Origin: Octopus bimaculoides
Lineage: Eukaryota
Assembly (NCBI RefSeq): GCF_001194135.2
Contig: NC_068994.1
Span: 16,837,962 to 16,901,961 of the forward strand
DNA length: 64,000 bases
Direction of reading: 5' to 3'
Below are positions 62,816 through 64,000 of this stretch, piece after piece. The notes under the pieces are model-generated. The model did no database searches, was not told the origin of the DNA, and saw only the letters and a list, made by a program, of their open reading frames with translations. The translations under genes and the position numbers were made by a program. How positions within the stretch are numbered: position 1 is the first letter of the stretch; every line of letters starts with the position of its first letter.

Positions 62816-63205
62816 GCAGCGGCGCAATGGCCCAGTGGTTAGGGCAGCGGACTCGCGGTCATAGTATTGCAGTTTCAATTCCCAGACCGGGCGTTGTGAG
62901 TGCTTATTGAGCAAAAACACCTAAAGCTCCACTAGGCTCTGGCAGGGGATGGTGGCGAACCCTGCTGTACTCTTTCACCACAACTTTCTCTCACTCTTAC
63001 TTCCTGTTTCTGTTGTGCCTGTAATTCAAAGGGTCAGCCTTGTCACACTGTGTCACGCTGAATATCCCCGAGAACTACGTTAAGGATACACGTGTCTTTG
63101 GTGTGCTCAGCCACTTGCACGTTAATTTCACGAGCAGGCTGTTCCGTTGATCGGATCAACTGGAACCCTCGACATCGTAAGTGACGGAGTGCCAACAACA
63201 ACAAC
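62816..63205 (+). mobile_element. tRNA-derived SINE, about 390 bp, full length with TSD
   Basis: 11-bp TSD ATAAGAAAATG at 62805-62815 and 63206-63216. Same family as 12781-13170. Confidence 0.92.
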
Positions 63206-63553
63206 ATAAGAAAATGAGGTTGTGTGTGTTGGCATAATAAATAGAAGAAATTGGGCACAAATAATGAGAACACAATACAGACAGAAGAAAACCATTTGGA
63301 GAGAATCAGTCGAAAACTACAGCTGTTATAATCTTTTACACACACGCACGCACACACACGCACACACACACACACACAGAGGATTTATATTATAGATTAA
63401 TTAAAAGAAACACAGAGCATTTCAACAGAAATATGGTAACAAAAGGGTCAATCTTACAGTTACTGTAATTTTCTTCTGAAAGATTTTTTATTTGAATAAT
63501 TTTCATCAGTTTTTTTACAGACTCACCAACGCTTTTTTTTCTTTCGTTAACAG

Positions 63554-63647
63554 GTGGTGGAAAATTAGAATGTCAGGCTTTGCTATTTTCTCCTTCTGAT
63601 TATTTGATCAGCATCTCAGGAATTCCTGATTATGAACTAAGTCTATG
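63554..63647 (+). CDS. CFAP43: CFAP43 exon 3 (GGKLECQALLFSPSDYLISISGIPDYELSLW)
   Basis: Long polypyrimidine tract and aaCAG acceptor, TG|GTAATG donor. 94 nt, phase 1/2, in frame with exon 2. FS..xYLxSxSxxPxxELxLW motif. The gene continues beyond the window. Confidence 0.82.
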
Positions 63648-63734
63648 GTAATGAAACAATTTTTCATTGAGTCACACACACACACACACACATCACAGTA
63701 GTCTGATGAATGGTCATGTGAATGAAAAATAAAT

Positions 63735-63981
63735 GTGCCCTTTTAAAGCCTAGCCAGGCTCATGGGCCCGGTTTCCTGGTTTCAACGGCGTATGAGTTCC
63801 CCAGCTGGACGGGACGCCAATCCATCACAGCGTTACTCATTTTTGCCAGCTGAGTGGACTGGAGCGACGTGAAATGAAGTGTTTTGCTCAAGAACACAAT
63901 GCATTGCCCAGTCCAGGAATCGAAACCACAATCTTACGATCATGATGCTGACACCCTAACCACTAAGCCACGCACCTCCAC
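63735..63981 (-). mobile_element. tRNA-derived SINE (family D)
   Basis: Minus-strand head GTGGAGGTGCGTGGCTTAGTGG...GTTTCGATTCC and body tgtgttcttgagcaaaacacttc. Related copy at 14060-14220. Confidence 0.85.
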
Positions 63982-64000
63982 TTATATATATATATATATA

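Overview
AT-rich, repeat-dense eukaryotic genomic DNA with ten assembly gaps. The SINE repertoire and microsatellite load suggest an octopus (inference). Three intron-containing protein-coding genes can be rebuilt from splice signals and open frames; the six-frame ORF track is largely uninformative. (1) The 3' end of a SWIB-domain gene (UAF30/spp27-like, + strand, coding exons 3768-7795) with an intron just after its stop codon. (2) A complete 9-exon STARD7 gene (- strand, CDS 26796-49984, 381 aa). (3) The 5' end of CFAP43/WDR96 (+ strand, from about 58700), with RFX-like motifs upstream and exon 2 partly in a gap. A tRNA-Ser(GCT) gene lies between the divergent STARD7 and CFAP43 starts. The rest is tRNA-derived SINEs (several in head-to-tail arrays), RTE LINE relics, mariner/Tc1 relics, hAT- and piggyBac-type MITEs, a CRE-like retrotransposon relic and a probable Penelope-like relic. 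Two structures are most unusual. One is a tRNA-headed retroposon with a Penelope-type hammerhead-ribozyme tail, fused head-to-head with an inverted, internally deleted copy (22000-22404). The other is a three-level nested insertion in which a 215-bp near-perfect fold-back element with telomeric repeats sits inside a second telomeric-repeat MITE inside a SINE, with both target-site duplications visible (54394-54721).
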